Source: Candidatus Pacearchaeota archaeon (GTDB taxonomy: Archaea; Nanobdellota; Nanobdellia; Pacearchaeales; GW2011-AR1). From it: 64,000 bases of DNA. The stretch lies in assembly GCA_023136775.1 (NCBI GenBank), contig JAGLQO010000011.1, positions 34,528 to 98,527 of the forward strand, in the 5' to 3' direction. A model generated the notes under the pieces. It was not told where the DNA came from, did no database searches, and saw only the letters and a program-made list of their open reading frames with translations. A program made the position numbers and the translations under genes. Shown in pieces: positions 14,978 through 24,752 of the stretch; position 1 is the first letter of the stretch; every line of letters begins with the position of its first letter.

Positions 14978-17173
14978 ATGGAAAAACAAAATAATAAATT
15001 CAAATTGGCTAGTCGATATAAGCCTAAAGGTGACCAACCGAAAGCTATTAAAAATTTAATTGAAGGAATAAAGACTGGTAAAAAAATGCAGACATTGCTT
15101 GGGGTAACTGGAAGTGGGAAAACTTTTACAATGGCTAATGTAATTTCTAAAATTAATAAACCAACTTTAATTGTTGCTCATAATAAAACTTTGGCGGCTC
15201 AATTATATGAAGAAATGAGGGAATTTTTTCCGAATAATCGAGTTGAATATTTTATTTCTTATTATGATTATTATCAACCTGAAAGTTATATGCCTGTGCG
15301 TGACCAATATATCGAGAAGGATTCTGCTATTAATCCGAGGATTGAACAAATGCGTCATGCAACAACGGCTTCGTTATTATCTAGAAATGATGTTATTGTA
15401 GTGGCTAGTGTTTCTTGTATTTACGGAATGGGAGACCCTAAAGTTTACAAGATGATGGGATTAGATCTCGAGGTTGGTAAACCTCTTGAGGTAACAGGTG
15501 ACGGGTCTGGGGTAACAGGTGACGGGTCTGGGGTAACAGGTGACGGGTCTGGGGTAACGGGTAACGGGTCTGGGGTAACGGGTAACGGGTCTGGGGTAAC
15601 GGGTAACGGGTCTAGGGTAACGGGTGACGGGTCTAGGGTAACGGGTGACGGGTCTAGGGTGACGGGTGACGGGTCTGGAGTAACGGGTGACGGGTCTAGG
15701 GTGACGGGTGACAGGTCTAGGGTGACGGGGCGGAAGGCGCTTATTACTAAACTTGTTGCGATGACTTTTGAGAGAAATGATTTGGATTTAAGTTCGGGTC
15801 GGTTTAGAGTTAAGGGCGACACGATTGATTTAGTTCCTGGATATTCTAATAATATAATTCGTGTAGAATTTTTTGGGGATGAGATTGATCGCATTACTGA
15901 GATTGATAAAAATACTGGAGAGGCTCTCGAAAAAATGAAATATTTTTATATTTGGCCTGCTCGAAATTATGTTGTTCCTGAGGCTGTTTTTGATGGGGCA
16001 ATTGCGGATATACAGGCTCAACTTAAAATTGATTTGAAGGAAATAGCTGATCCTTTGATTAATCATCGGTTGAAACAAAGAACGACTTTCGATATTGAGA
16101 TGATGCGGGAGACTGGAACTTGTAAGGGAATTGAGAATTACTCTCGGCATTTTGATAATCGAAAAGAGGGCGAGAAGGCTTATTGTTTATTGGATTATTT
16201 TGGAGATGATTTTTTAATGATTATTGACGAGTCGCATAGGACTGTTCCGCAAGTTGGGGGGATGTTTAATGGGGATAGGGCTCGGAAGAAAAATTTAATT
16301 GATTATGGATTTAGGTTGACTTCGGCGTTTGATAATCGTCCCTTGAGGTTTAAGGAATTTGAGAAATATATGAAAGATAGTCAAGTTGTTTTTGTTTCGG
16401 CGACGCCTGGTGAATATGAACTTAGGGAATCTAAAACTATTGTTGAGCAAATTATTCGGCCAACTGGTTTGACGGACCCTGAGATTGAGATACGGGGAGT
16501 TGAGAAACAAATTCCAGATGCGCTTTCGGAAATTAAGAAGACTGTTGCGAATGGGGATAGGGTTTTGCTTACAACTTTGACTAAGAGGATGGCTGAAGAA
16601 TTAACTGACTTCTTAGCGGAGAATGGGATTAAAACTCGATATTTGCATTCAGAAATTGACACATTTGAAAGAACGGAAATAATTCGGGAACTTCGTGTTG
16701 GGACTTTTGATGTTTTGGTTGGGATTAATTTGCTTCGTGAGGGAATTGATATTCCTGAGGTTGGATTTGTCGGAGTTCTTGACGCTGATAAAGAGGGATT
16801 CCTTCGAGATGAGAGAAGTCTTATTCAAATTATTGGACGAGCTGCTAGGAACTCATCAGCTAAAGTTGTTCTTTATGCTGATAAAATGACTAAATCAATT
16901 CGTGGGGCGGTTAGAGAAACTTCGAGAAGACGAAAAATTCAGATGGCGTATAATTTGAAGAATAATATTAAGCCTCAAACTATTGTTAAACCAATTCGAG
17001 AAAGCCGAGTTGAAATTAAGGACACTAAGCATATTCCAAAAGCAGATATTCCGAATATTATTATTCAGCTGGAGGCTGAGATGAGAGAGGCTGCTGAGTT
17101 GTTGGATTTCGAGACTGCGATTGCTCTTCGGAATAAGATGAAAGGATTAAGTAAGAGGATAGAGAGAAAATAA
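14978..17173 (+). CDS. uvrB: Excinuclease ABC subunit B (UvrB) carrying an internal heptad-repeat insertion
   Basis: GVTGSGKTFT, YYDYYQPESY beta-hairpin region, IIDESH, helicase motifs VLVGINLLREGIDIPEV and GRAARN, C-terminal UVR motif LDFETAIALRNKM. Confidence 0.95.
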   Translation: MEKQNNKFKLASRYKPKGDQPKAIKNLIEGIKTGKKMQTLLGVTGSGKTFTMANVISKINKPTLIVAHNKTLAAQLYEEMREFFPNNRVEYFISYYDYYQPESYMPVRDQYIEKDSAINPRIEQMRHATTASLLSRNDVIVVASVSCIYGMGDPKVYKMMGLDLEVGKPLEVTGDGSGVTGDGSGVTGDGSGVTGNGSGVTGNGSGVTGNGSRVTGDGSRVTGDGSRVTGDGSGVTGDGSRVTGDRSRVTGRKALITKLVAMTFERNDLDLSSGRFRVKGDTIDLVPGYSNNIIRVEFFGDEIDRITEIDKNTGEALEKMKYFYIWPARNYVVPEAVFDGAIADIQAQLKIDLKEIADPLINHRLKQRTTFDIEMMRETGTCKGIENYSRHFDNRKEGEKAYCLLDYFGDDFLMIIDESHRTVPQVGGMFNGDRARKKNLIDYGFRLTSAFDNRPLRFKEFEKYMKDSQVVFVSATPGEYELRESKTIVEQIIRPTGLTDPEIEIRGVEKQIPDALSEIKKTVANGDRVLLTTLTKRMAEELTDFLAENGIKTRYLHSEIDTFERTEIIRELRVGTFDVLVGINLLREGIDIPEVGFVGVLDADKEGFLRDERSLIQIIGRAARNSSAKVVLYADKMTKSIRGAVRETSRRRKIQMAYNLKNNIKPQTIVKPIRESRVEIKDTKHIPKADIPNIIIQLEAEMREAAELLDFETAIALRNKMKGLSKRIERK
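15491..15730 (+). repeat. In-frame 21-nt tandem repeat, 11.4 copies, encoding (VTG[DN]GS[GR])n inside uvrB
   Basis: Counted directly: gtaacaggtgacgggtctggg x3, then gtaacgggtaacgggtct(g/a)gg variants, then gtgacgggtgacgggtctagg variants. G-rich in an AT-rich gene. Confidence 0.9.
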
Positions 17174-17215
17174 TTATTAAGAGATTGGTTTCTATTTGTT
17201 CTCTCTGGGAATGAA

Positions 17216-17275
17216 TGTTATTTTATTGCTCACGGATTTGCACAGATGTCTTCGACATTCACGGATTTTTTATTT
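17216..17275 (+). repeat. Family A unit A3
   Basis: ttgctcacggatttgcacagatgtcttcgacattcacggatt. Hairpin gatgtc-ttc-gacatt. Confidence 0.7.
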
Positions 17276-17282
17276 TGGGAAT

Positions 17283-17388
17283 ATTAAAGTTTTTGGAGCG
17301 AGGGGTCGTCTCGAGCGATACTAGATAAGATTGGTTGGATCGCAGAATGGCGCTATAGATAATTGAGTGAAGTTCAACAAATGAATGA
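17283..17388 (+). repeat. Family B element B2
   Basis: tttttggagcgagg head, ..ggcgctatagataat TATA-like box, small hairpin ttgag-tgaag-ttcaa, tail aatgaatgatt. Closest to B3. Confidence 0.65.
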
Positions 17389-19095
17389 TTATCTATCTTT
17401 TTCTGGCTTTGGATGTTCGTGGCCTGCTTCTTTTTTATCTTTAAGATATTTGATATGCCTATCTTTTTCTTTTAAGAATTTGTTTAAATCTAATTTGTAA
17501 TTATCTATCATTTTTGAGGCATGACTTCCACCTAGGAAATGTGGCATAATTACGTATGTTGCCCCTAAATCATATAGCTGATTTGTTTCATTTATACTAT
17601 GAGATATCACTATGACTATCGCATCTTTATTTTCTTGTTTAATTCTACTTACCAATAATAAATTTGTTTCAAATTCTGGAATTGTTGAAACTGCCATTTC
17701 CACACTTTCTAAATTCAATTCGTTTAGGAATTCTTCGTCATCAGCGTCACCGTATCTGCAGTCAATCCCCATTTCTGTTAATTTTGATATTGTATCTGGA
17801 TTATAATCTACAACAAGCACCTTCTTGTTTAATTTCTTAAAAGACTCTAGTAAATCGTGACCAATTCTGTTATATCCAAATAAAATAAGATTGTAATTTT
17901 TAAAATCTTTACTTGTTTTTAATAATTTTTTTCTTTCGAATATTTTTAAATATTTTGAAAGGTGTGGATATATTTTATCTGAATAAGTGATTAAGTAAGT
18001 TGACCCTGAAATTGTTATTAGTCCGACAATTGTAACTAATGATAATATCTCGGCAGATATGTGTCCAACGCTGTAGCCCAAAGTTATCAAGATTAAAGAG
18101 AATTCACTTATTTGCGCAACGGTAAATCCTGCTTGGAATCCGACTTTCTTTTTGTAGCCCATAGCTCCCATTAAAACCATGACTACCAAAGGGTTTCCAA
18201 TTAAAACGAACAGTGAAAAGATTATTGCTGGAATTATTAATTGCCCAATATTTCCGAATTGCATTTGAGAACCCAGAAGTATGAAAAACAAGATTATGAA
18301 AAAATCTCTTAATGGTCTTAACTTTGAACTTATCTCGTAATGGAATGGGGAAACTGATAAAGCTACTCCAGCAATTAAAGCTCCGACTTCCATAGAAAAA
18401 CCAATGTAATGAAATAATGCAGCTAGGCCAAGTCCCCATCCTATTGAAAATAAAAATAAAAATTCCTGAGATTGTGCGAAAAATTTGGAAAGTTTTGGCA
18501 ATACGAAAATGCTAGCTAATACAACTCCCACGATTACTGCCAATATCAAAATTACAGATTGAATAGAAAATCCGCCCGCACCTGTATTGCTTGCAAAAGA
18601 CGAAATTATCATTAAAAATATTATTGCAAAAATATCTTGAACTAATAAAAATCCAATAGAAATTTTTCCGTATAACTTTTCTGTGTCTTTTTTATCAGAC
18701 AGTAATTTCATAATTATGATTGTACTACTAAAAGTTAAAGCTACAGCGATGTATCCTGAGACTATCAAAGAAAATCCTAACAAGTTGCTAATAAGAAATC
18801 CAATTAAAGAAGTAAAAACAATCTGTCCAATCCCAGTTACTAAAGAAACTTTCCCTACATCTTTTATAACTTTTGGGCTAAGTGATATTCCGACCATGAA
18901 AAGTAAAAATGTTACTCCTATTTGAGAAAAGATTGATATTGTCTCGGTTGATTTTACTATGTTCAAAAAATAAGGACTTACTATTATTCCTGAAAATATA
19001 TATCCTATAATTAAAGGCTGCTTTAAAAGTCTCATTAGTCCAGAAACTAAAACCGTCACTGCAATAATCAAACTCAGCTCTATAAATACGTCCAT
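17389..19095 (-). CDS. Kef-type cation:proton antiporter (CPA2) with a C-terminal TrkA-N/RCK domain
   Basis: About 12 TM segments. C-terminal Rossmann-like NLILFGYNRIGHDL..VVDYNPD. Confidence 0.8.
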   Translation of the reverse strand: MDVFIELSLIIAVTVLVSGLMRLLKQPLIIGYIFSGIIVSPYFLNIVKSTETISIFSQIGVTFLLFMVGISLSPKVIKDVGKVSLVTGIGQIVFTSLIGFLISNLLGFSLIVSGYIAVALTFSSTIIIMKLLSDKKDTEKLYGKISIGFLLVQDIFAIIFLMIISSFASNTGAGGFSIQSVILILAVIVGVVLASIFVLPKLSKFFAQSQEFLFLFSIGWGLGLAALFHYIGFSMEVGALIAGVALSVSPFHYEISSKLRPLRDFFIILFFILLGSQMQFGNIGQLIIPAIIFSLFVLIGNPLVVMVLMGAMGYKKKVGFQAGFTVAQISEFSLILITLGYSVGHISAEILSLVTIVGLITISGSTYLITYSDKIYPHLSKYLKIFERKKLLKTSKDFKNYNLILFGYNRIGHDLLESFKKLNKKVLVVDYNPDTISKLTEMGIDCRYGDADDEEFLNELNLESVEMAVSTIPEFETNLLLVSRIKQENKDAIVIVISHSINETNQLYDLGATYVIMPHFLGGSHASKMIDNYKLDLNKFLKEKDRHIKYLKDKKEAGHEHPKPEKDR

Positions 19096-19096
19096 T

Positions 19097-19558
19097 CTAT
19101 TGCTCTATTTGTAGAAAATTAATTAGGCTACTAGGCGTTATTACTCCTACAACTTTTTTATCATTATTCAAAACTGGGATATAATTAAAACCCTCTTTAT
19201 AAATTAATTCTATTACTTTATTTATTGGAGCGTCATCCCTTACTGTAGAACTATGCTTATTGGTTAAACTGATTGCTGTCTTGTATAAAAATTCTCTGCT
19301 ATACCCTATATTTAGTTCTTTTACTAATGGTTCATTTTTTACTTGATGCAAAAAAAGTTTTATCAAATCTTCTACGCTAATTTCTCCTAAGAATTTTTTA
19401 TCTTTTGAAACTACTATGCAAACATTCGCATCCTCTCTTCTTAATTTCTTTACAATTGTATTGGCGTCATCTTTTGGATAAAGGTAAATTGGTTTGATCA
19501 TTGCGCTTCTTGCAAATTTCATAGTACCCGTTTCGCCTACTTTTTTCTTCAATCTCAT
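19097..19558 (-). CDS. CBS domain pair protein
   Basis: 153 aa. Two CBS-like units (..VCIVVSKDKKFLGEISVEDLI.., ..YIPVLNNDKKVVGVITPSSLI..). Lies 1 nt upstream of the antiporter start. Confidence 0.7.
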   Translation of the reverse strand: MRLKKKVGETGTMKFARSAMIKPIYLYPKDDANTIVKKLRREDANVCIVVSKDKKFLGEISVEDLIKLFLHQVKNEPLVKELNIGYSREFLYKTAISLTNKHSSTVRDDAPINKVIELIYKEGFNYIPVLNNDKKVVGVITPSSLINFLQIEQ

Positions 19559-19631
19559 AATTAAACTTTGATTATTTTATATTTAAGAAAGGGGAAAGAA
19601 TGGGTAAAATGTAGGGAAAAAGAAAGTAAAA

Positions 19632-20048
19632 TTATCTAAGAATTGAATTTCCTGTCGGCGTTAATTTTAAATATTTATTATTCCCTTTTGTTTCAAAAGT
19701 TATATATTTTAGTTCTAATAAATTGCCTACTCTTTTCTTGATGGTTGGTTTTGTAATTTTTAAAAGTTTTGTAATTTTTATTTGATTGATTAGAATGCCT
19801 TTTTCTTCTGAATGTTTTACTGTTTTTAATATTTCTAAAAGTTCTTCTGAAATTAATTTACTTATTTGTTTTTTGTGATAACCTATAAATATTTTATATG
19901 CTGTAAAAAATAATCCTAAGAAAAGAAACAGCTGTAAGATAGAATGAATTATTGAATTTCCAAGAACATGATCAAAGAAATCGTCGACCAATTCTGTTAA
20001 AACAAATATTACAAAAAGCAATACGAATGTTAATTTTTCTTTTTCCAT
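19632..20048 (-). CDS. Membrane-tethered winged-helix (MarR/ArsR-like) protein
   Basis: Two N-terminal TM helices, then ..INQIKITKLLKITKPTIKKRVGNLLELKYITFETKGNNKYLKLTPTG (HTH plus wing). Confidence 0.5.
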   Translation of the reverse strand: MEKEKLTFVLLFVIFVLTELVDDFFDHVLGNSIIHSILQLFLFLGLFFTAYKIFIGYHKKQISKLISEELLEILKTVKHSEEKGILINQIKITKLLKITKPTIKKRVGNLLELKYITFETKGNNKYLKLTPTGNSILR

Positions 20049-20095
20049 ATATTCTATTGTATTACTTGTTTAATAAAAGTTGTTAATATAAAAAT

Positions 20096-20200
20096 TCTTG
20101 GAGCGAAGTGAAACTGAACGGTAGTGGATAAAATTGATTGGAGCGGGATGGCGCGTTATAGATAATCGAAACTTTAGTTTCGACTAATGAATGATTAAAA
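20096..20200 (+). repeat. Family B element B3
   Basis: cttggagcgaagtgaaactgaacgg head, gcgcgttatagataat box, hairpin tcgaaac-ttta-gtttcga (20166-20183), tail ctaatgaatgatt. Confidence 0.7.
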
Positions 20201-20250
20201 CTTGATTAATGAATAAAAACATCGTCGACCCAAACACTTTTAAATGAAAA

Positions 20251-23200
20251 TTGCGTTTTACAAAAATCGCAAAAGTAAACAAATCTGATATAAAAAAGAA
20301 ATTAATTAAACTAGGAGTCAAAGAAGAACTGGTTCCCGTTTTTGACAGTTTCGTAAACAATAAATTTCAGGCTGAAGCATTGGATATTTTCAAAAAGTTA
20401 GAGATTTCTAAAGAAAGGATTAACACAAAAAACGAAAGTAATATTTTAATTCGGTGGAGAAATAGAAGTTATGATGTAAGTATTGAGATTATCAACGACG
20501 AAATGTTTCATTACTGCACTTGTCCTCATAGAAGCGAAGCTAAAGCTTGTTCTCATGCGGGAGCTACGCTGATTTACAAGATGCTAAGAAACGAAAAAAA
20601 TGAATTTAATTCTAAACCAAAAACTTTAATGAAAGCTCAAGAGACCAATAAGAAAAATCAGGGTGGAATTACTTATTTTAAAGAATTATTTCCAACAGTA
20701 AAAAAAGAAGCTCAGAAAAATGTCATTTATTTTAACTTTGAAGACTTCGATGAAAATGGGCAAAATTTAGCTTTACAGCGAGGAATTATCAAGAAAGATG
20801 GTGAACATTCCCTCCCAATGAAACTTACTGGAAAAGATTTTAGTTTTAGTAAATTAAAAGTTAATAAAAAAGTAAAAGAGGTTTTGAGCTTTATTATAAC
20901 TGGTGACAATCTCCGGGAAGGTTATAGCACTGGTGGATTTTCCAAAAGTAGATTTTATGATGTTAATACTGATATGATGATGCCGCTTTTGAAAGAAATT
21001 TATTTTGACGAGCAAGAATTAATTCTTGGGGCAACTTTTGCTGAAGATAATTTTCATGTAGCATGGGAAACCAAATTGAATGATGACGGAGATTATACCG
21101 TTAAGCCTTATTTTGTTTCTGGAAAAAGAAAAGTTGATTTATTAAAAATGCAAATTACAGAACTCGGATTAAACAGTCTTTGGGTTTTTGACAACAAGAC
21201 TAGGTGCTTTTACCAACATAAAGAATCTTTGAATTTGGAAGCTGTTAAAAATATCATTAGATTTCCAAAAGAATTAACTTTGTCAGAAAGTGAGCTTCGA
21301 GAATTTTTTGAAAGATATTACCAACAAATGCTTGATAGTTTCGAATTTAATGTTGGTGACGATTTTAAAAGAGAAGAAAAATCAGTTATTCCAAAACCTA
21401 AGTTATATATGGAGCGAGATGGGAAGAATGTTAGAATCGCTTTGAGATTTGATTACGCTGGTCGAGAGATTGATTATTTTTCTGCTAATAAAGAATTGGT
21501 AATTGTCGAGACTGATATTATTTATGATGTATCTAGAGACTTAGAAGAGGAAGACAGAATTGCCGAACTCTTAAATGAACATGATGTTGTTACGCACGGA
21601 AGATATGACGAATTTAAAATAAAGGGGGACCTTGTAGATTTTGTTGTTTATGAAATTCCCGCGATTAATGAAATGGGAATTGAAATACTTGGAGAAGAAA
21701 ATTTGTTTAATTTTAAGATTGCAAAAGGAAAAGTTGGAATGATGATGGAAGTCAGAAACGATGTCGATTGGTTTGATATTAAAGGTGAAGTTAGATTTGG
21801 AAAAGATAAAATTGGAATGGGAAAAGTTTTAGAATCAGTTTTTCAGAATAAAAGATTTGTTGATTTAGGGGACGGCAAAAAAGGAGTTATTCCTAAAAAT
21901 TGGATTAACGAGCTTAGAGCTTATCGCGGATTTTTTACTGCTGGCAAAGAAGGTGGAGTCAAATTAAACAAATATCATATGCCAGTACTGGAAAGTTTAA
22001 TTAGCCTTTCAAAGAAAAGCGAACTTGATCTGGCTGTTAAAAAAATTGTGTCGAAGTTTAAAAACTTTGAAAAAATTAAATCAACTAAACTATCTCCAAA
22101 TTTAAATGCTACACTTCGTGAATATCAAAAAGATGGCTATGATTGGTTGAACTTCCTTCGAGACTTTGAGTTTAACGGAATTTTAGCAGACGATATGGGA
22201 CTTGGTAAAACTGTGCAAACTTTAAGTATTTTGCAAAAAATTAAGGATGAAGAGAAGAATAAAAAGTTCTTAGTTATTGTTCCAACTTCCTTGGTTTTTA
22301 ATTGGAGAAATGAAATTGAGAAATTTACTCCTGGGATTAAACCTTATTTACATCATGGAGTATCGCGAGCTAAGGGCGAGAAGAAATTTGATAAAATGAT
22401 TGAGGACCACGATTTGATTATTACAACTTATGGTGTTTTGAAAAATGATTTGGCACTTTTTGTGAATAGAGAGTTTGAATACATTATATTAGATGAAGCT
22501 CATACAATTAAGAATCCCTTGAGTGTAAATGCAAGAACTGTTGGGGCACTTAATGGAAAAAGAAAGTTAGCAATTAGTGGAACACCAATTCAAAATAATT
22601 TAATTGAACTTTGGAGTTTATTTGAATTCTTGAGTCCTGGATATTTAGGAACTTATGATGGGTTTAAAGAAAACTTTGTTATCCCAATTGAAAAAGATAA
22701 AGATAAAAATGCAACGGCTAATTTGAAAAAAATGATTGATCCATTCCTACTTCGTAGAAACAAATCCAACATTGCGACAGAACTTCCCGACAAAACTGAA
22801 ATTGTATTAAAGAGTGATTTCAACGACGATGAAGCTGTTATTTATCAAACTTGGAAAGATCATTATAGCTCGGAAATTAACCGAAGTATTAAAGATAAAG
22901 GGATTAACAAATCTCGTTTGAAGATTTTAGAAGGATTAACTAAGCTTCGTCAAGTTTGTTTGCATCCGAAAATGGTTGATCCAGAATATATGGGAAGCAG
23001 TGCTAAGTTTGATTTGTTGATGATGGAAGTTGAAAAAGTTCTAAAGGAAGGTCATAAGGTTTTGATTTTCTCTTCATTTGTTAAAATGTTAAATATTGTT
23101 AAAGAGGAATTTGAACATAAGGGAATTAAGTATTCTTATCTTGACGGCTCTTCTATTAATCGTGAAAGAATTGTAGGGGAATTCCAAAATAGCAAGGAAG

Positions 23201-23505
23201 CAAGACCTTTCTTGATTTCAATTAAAGCTGGCGGAGTTGGAATTAATTTGACTAGTGCTGATTATGTTTTCATTATTGATCCATGGTGGAATCCAGCTGT
23301 AGAAATGCAGGCAATGGATAGGGCTCACAGAATCGGTCAAAAAAACCCAGTATTCGTTTACAAAATGATTGCTAACAAGTCTATTGAAGAAAAGATTTTA
23401 GAGTTACAGAGATCGAAGAAAAAACTAGTTGAAGATGTAATTTCTGTTGAAGAGGGCGGAGTTAAGGCAATTGATGCTAAGGCAATAAAGGAAATATTCG
23501 GGTAG
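20251..23505 (+). CDS. SNF2-family helicase with an N-terminal SWIM zinc finger
   Basis: SWIM CxCx(n)CxH (YCTCPHRSEAKACSHAGA), DDMGLGKTVQ, DEAHTIKN, QAMDRAHRIGQ. There is no in-frame ATG upstream of the SWIM finger, so the start is TTG at 20251 or uncertain. Confidence 0.85.
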   Translation: MRFTKIAKVNKSDIKKKLIKLGVKEELVPVFDSFVNNKFQAEALDIFKKLEISKERINTKNESNILIRWRNRSYDVSIEIINDEMFHYCTCPHRSEAKACSHAGATLIYKMLRNEKNEFNSKPKTLMKAQETNKKNQGGITYFKELFPTVKKEAQKNVIYFNFEDFDENGQNLALQRGIIKKDGEHSLPMKLTGKDFSFSKLKVNKKVKEVLSFIITGDNLREGYSTGGFSKSRFYDVNTDMMMPLLKEIYFDEQELILGATFAEDNFHVAWETKLNDDGDYTVKPYFVSGKRKVDLLKMQITELGLNSLWVFDNKTRCFYQHKESLNLEAVKNIIRFPKELTLSESELREFFERYYQQMLDSFEFNVGDDFKREEKSVIPKPKLYMERDGKNVRIALRFDYAGREIDYFSANKELVIVETDIIYDVSRDLEEEDRIAELLNEHDVVTHGRYDEFKIKGDLVDFVVYEIPAINEMGIEILGEENLFNFKIAKGKVGMMMEVRNDVDWFDIKGEVRFGKDKIGMGKVLESVFQNKRFVDLGDGKKGVIPKNWINELRAYRGFFTAGKEGGVKLNKYHMPVLESLISLSKKSELDLAVKKIVSKFKNFEKIKSTKLSPNLNATLREYQKDGYDWLNFLRDFEFNGILADDMGLGKTVQTLSILQKIKDEEKNKKFLVIVPTSLVFNWRNEIEKFTPGIKPYLHHGVSRAKGEKKFDKMIEDHDLIITTYGVLKNDLALFVNREFEYIILDEAHTIKNPLSVNARTVGALNGKRKLAISGTPIQNNLIELWSLFEFLSPGYLGTYDGFKENFVIPIEKDKDKNATANLKKMIDPFLLRRNKSNIATELPDKTEIVLKSDFNDDEAVIYQTWKDHYSSEINRSIKDKGINKSRLKILEGLTKLRQVCLHPKMVDPEYMGSSAKFDLLMMEVEKVLKEGHKVLIFSSFVKMLNIVKEEFEHKGIKYSYLDGSSINRERIVGEFQNSKEARPFLISIKAGGVGINLTSADYVFIIDPWWNPAVEMQAMDRAHRIGQKNPVFVYKMIANKSIEEKILELQRSKKKLVEDVISVEEGGVKAIDAKAIKEIFG

Positions 23506-23696
23506 ACCCCTTTTTTAGAAAAAGGCCTCTTGGAGAAAAATCAAGTAGTTTTAATTTCAATTCAATTCGCTAATAACAAATTGAAATTAAATTAAACAAT
23601 ATATGGCGAAATTAAATTTCTTTACGCGCCTGTCCAGAGGACAACCTGTCGCTAAAATTTTATTTTACATGCTTGACTGCTTTTATTATTTTGTTT

Positions 23697-23780
23697 CGGG
23701 AGCGAGATTTATCGAGCGAAAAGCAGCCGTGCCGAGCGGATTGCTCGGTACAATTATATAATTGAGCGAAGCTCAATAAA
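23697..23780 (+). repeat. Family B element B4
   Basis: cgggagcgagatttatcgagcgaaaagc, inner hairpin ccgagc-ggatt-gctcgg, tatataat (23755-23762), hairpin ttgagc-gaa-gctcaa (23762-23776), tail taaataac. Confidence 0.7.
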
Positions 23781-23813
23781 TAACTTTTTAATATTCATAT
23801 AATTTAATTACTA

Positions 23814-24722
23814 ATGGGATATCCAAAATTTTTAAATCAAATACAAAATGAAGAACAGGACTTTTTGAAAGCTCCAATTTACCTTTATGGAACTGAAGCT
23901 ATTGGGGTATATTATAAAAAATTTGATTTAAAAAATAAGTCTGTATTAACAGTTAATGGTTCCGGGGATCAAGTTTTAGATGCTTATTATTTTGGAGCAA
24001 AAAGAGTTGTTGGTTTTGATTTGGTTAAGAATACTAAATATATGCTTGATTTGAAAGTCGCCGCACTAAAGGAACTTGATTATAAGGGATTTTTAGATTT
24101 CTTCGGAGATAAAAGCAAACTTGGAAATTTTAATCGTGAAACATATTCTTCTCTCGAAAAACATCTCGAAAATGAAACCTCTAAATTTTTTGATAATTTG
24201 TTTGAAAAATATAATAGAGACGGAAAGAGATTGCTAGAATCCGATAATTTTAGAAAAAGGAAGGAATTTTATGAAAAGCTTGAGGTTATTAATCCATTTC
24301 TAGCAAATGAAGAAAATTATCTTAAAATGAAAAAGATAATTTCTAATAAAAAAATAGAATTTATTGAATCAGATATAAAAGATATTTATAAAAAAGTTGA
24401 TGATAAATTTGACTTAATTAATTTGTCTAATGTTTTAAATTATGTCTCCAAAGATTACGAAAAAAGGGGGATAAAAAATCCTTTAGAAATAATATATAGA
24501 GAATCAATATTTAATCTTAAAGAAACTTTAAGTAAAGATGGGAAAATTATTTTTTATGCATATTATAGAGCACCAGAAGATATATCAAAAATGCCATTAA
24601 TTAATAGGGACTCTAGTTCTAAATGGATAAACTCAAAAAGGGATTTTGAAGTTTCTAAGATTGAGTTTGATGGTATATTATCTGGAAGGGATTTTATAAC
24701 TGTTTTAAAAAATAATAAATAA
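23814..24722 (+). CDS. Hypothetical protein, possibly a DUF3419/BtaA-like SAM-dependent transferase
   Basis: LTVNGSGDQVLDAYYFGAKRVVGFDL..LDLKVAALKELDYKGFLDFFG resembles the N-terminal region of DUF3419 proteins, from memory. Confidence 0.35.
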   Translation: MGYPKFLNQIQNEEQDFLKAPIYLYGTEAIGVYYKKFDLKNKSVLTVNGSGDQVLDAYYFGAKRVVGFDLVKNTKYMLDLKVAALKELDYKGFLDFFGDKSKLGNFNRETYSSLEKHLENETSKFFDNLFEKYNRDGKRLLESDNFRKRKEFYEKLEVINPFLANEENYLKMKKIISNKKIEFIESDIKDIYKKVDDKFDLINLSNVLNYVSKDYEKRGIKNPLEIIYRESIFNLKETLSKDGKIIFYAYYRAPEDISKMPLINRDSSSKWINSKRDFEVSKIEFDGILSGRDFITVLKNNK

Positions 24723-24752
24723 CTACTTATAGCAACTTTTCATTTTTTATTT

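Noticed and set aside
15445-15894. 149-aa minus-strand ORF (PVTPDPS repeats) antisense to uvrB
   Set aside because: It exists only because the 21-nt repeat lacks stop codons on both strands. It lies wholly inside the well-supported uvrB frame.
20244-20251. ATG at 20244 as the start of the SNF2/SWIM gene
   Set aside because: It is in a different reading frame from the long ORF. The in-frame candidates are TTG at 20251 or an unresolved non-ATG start.
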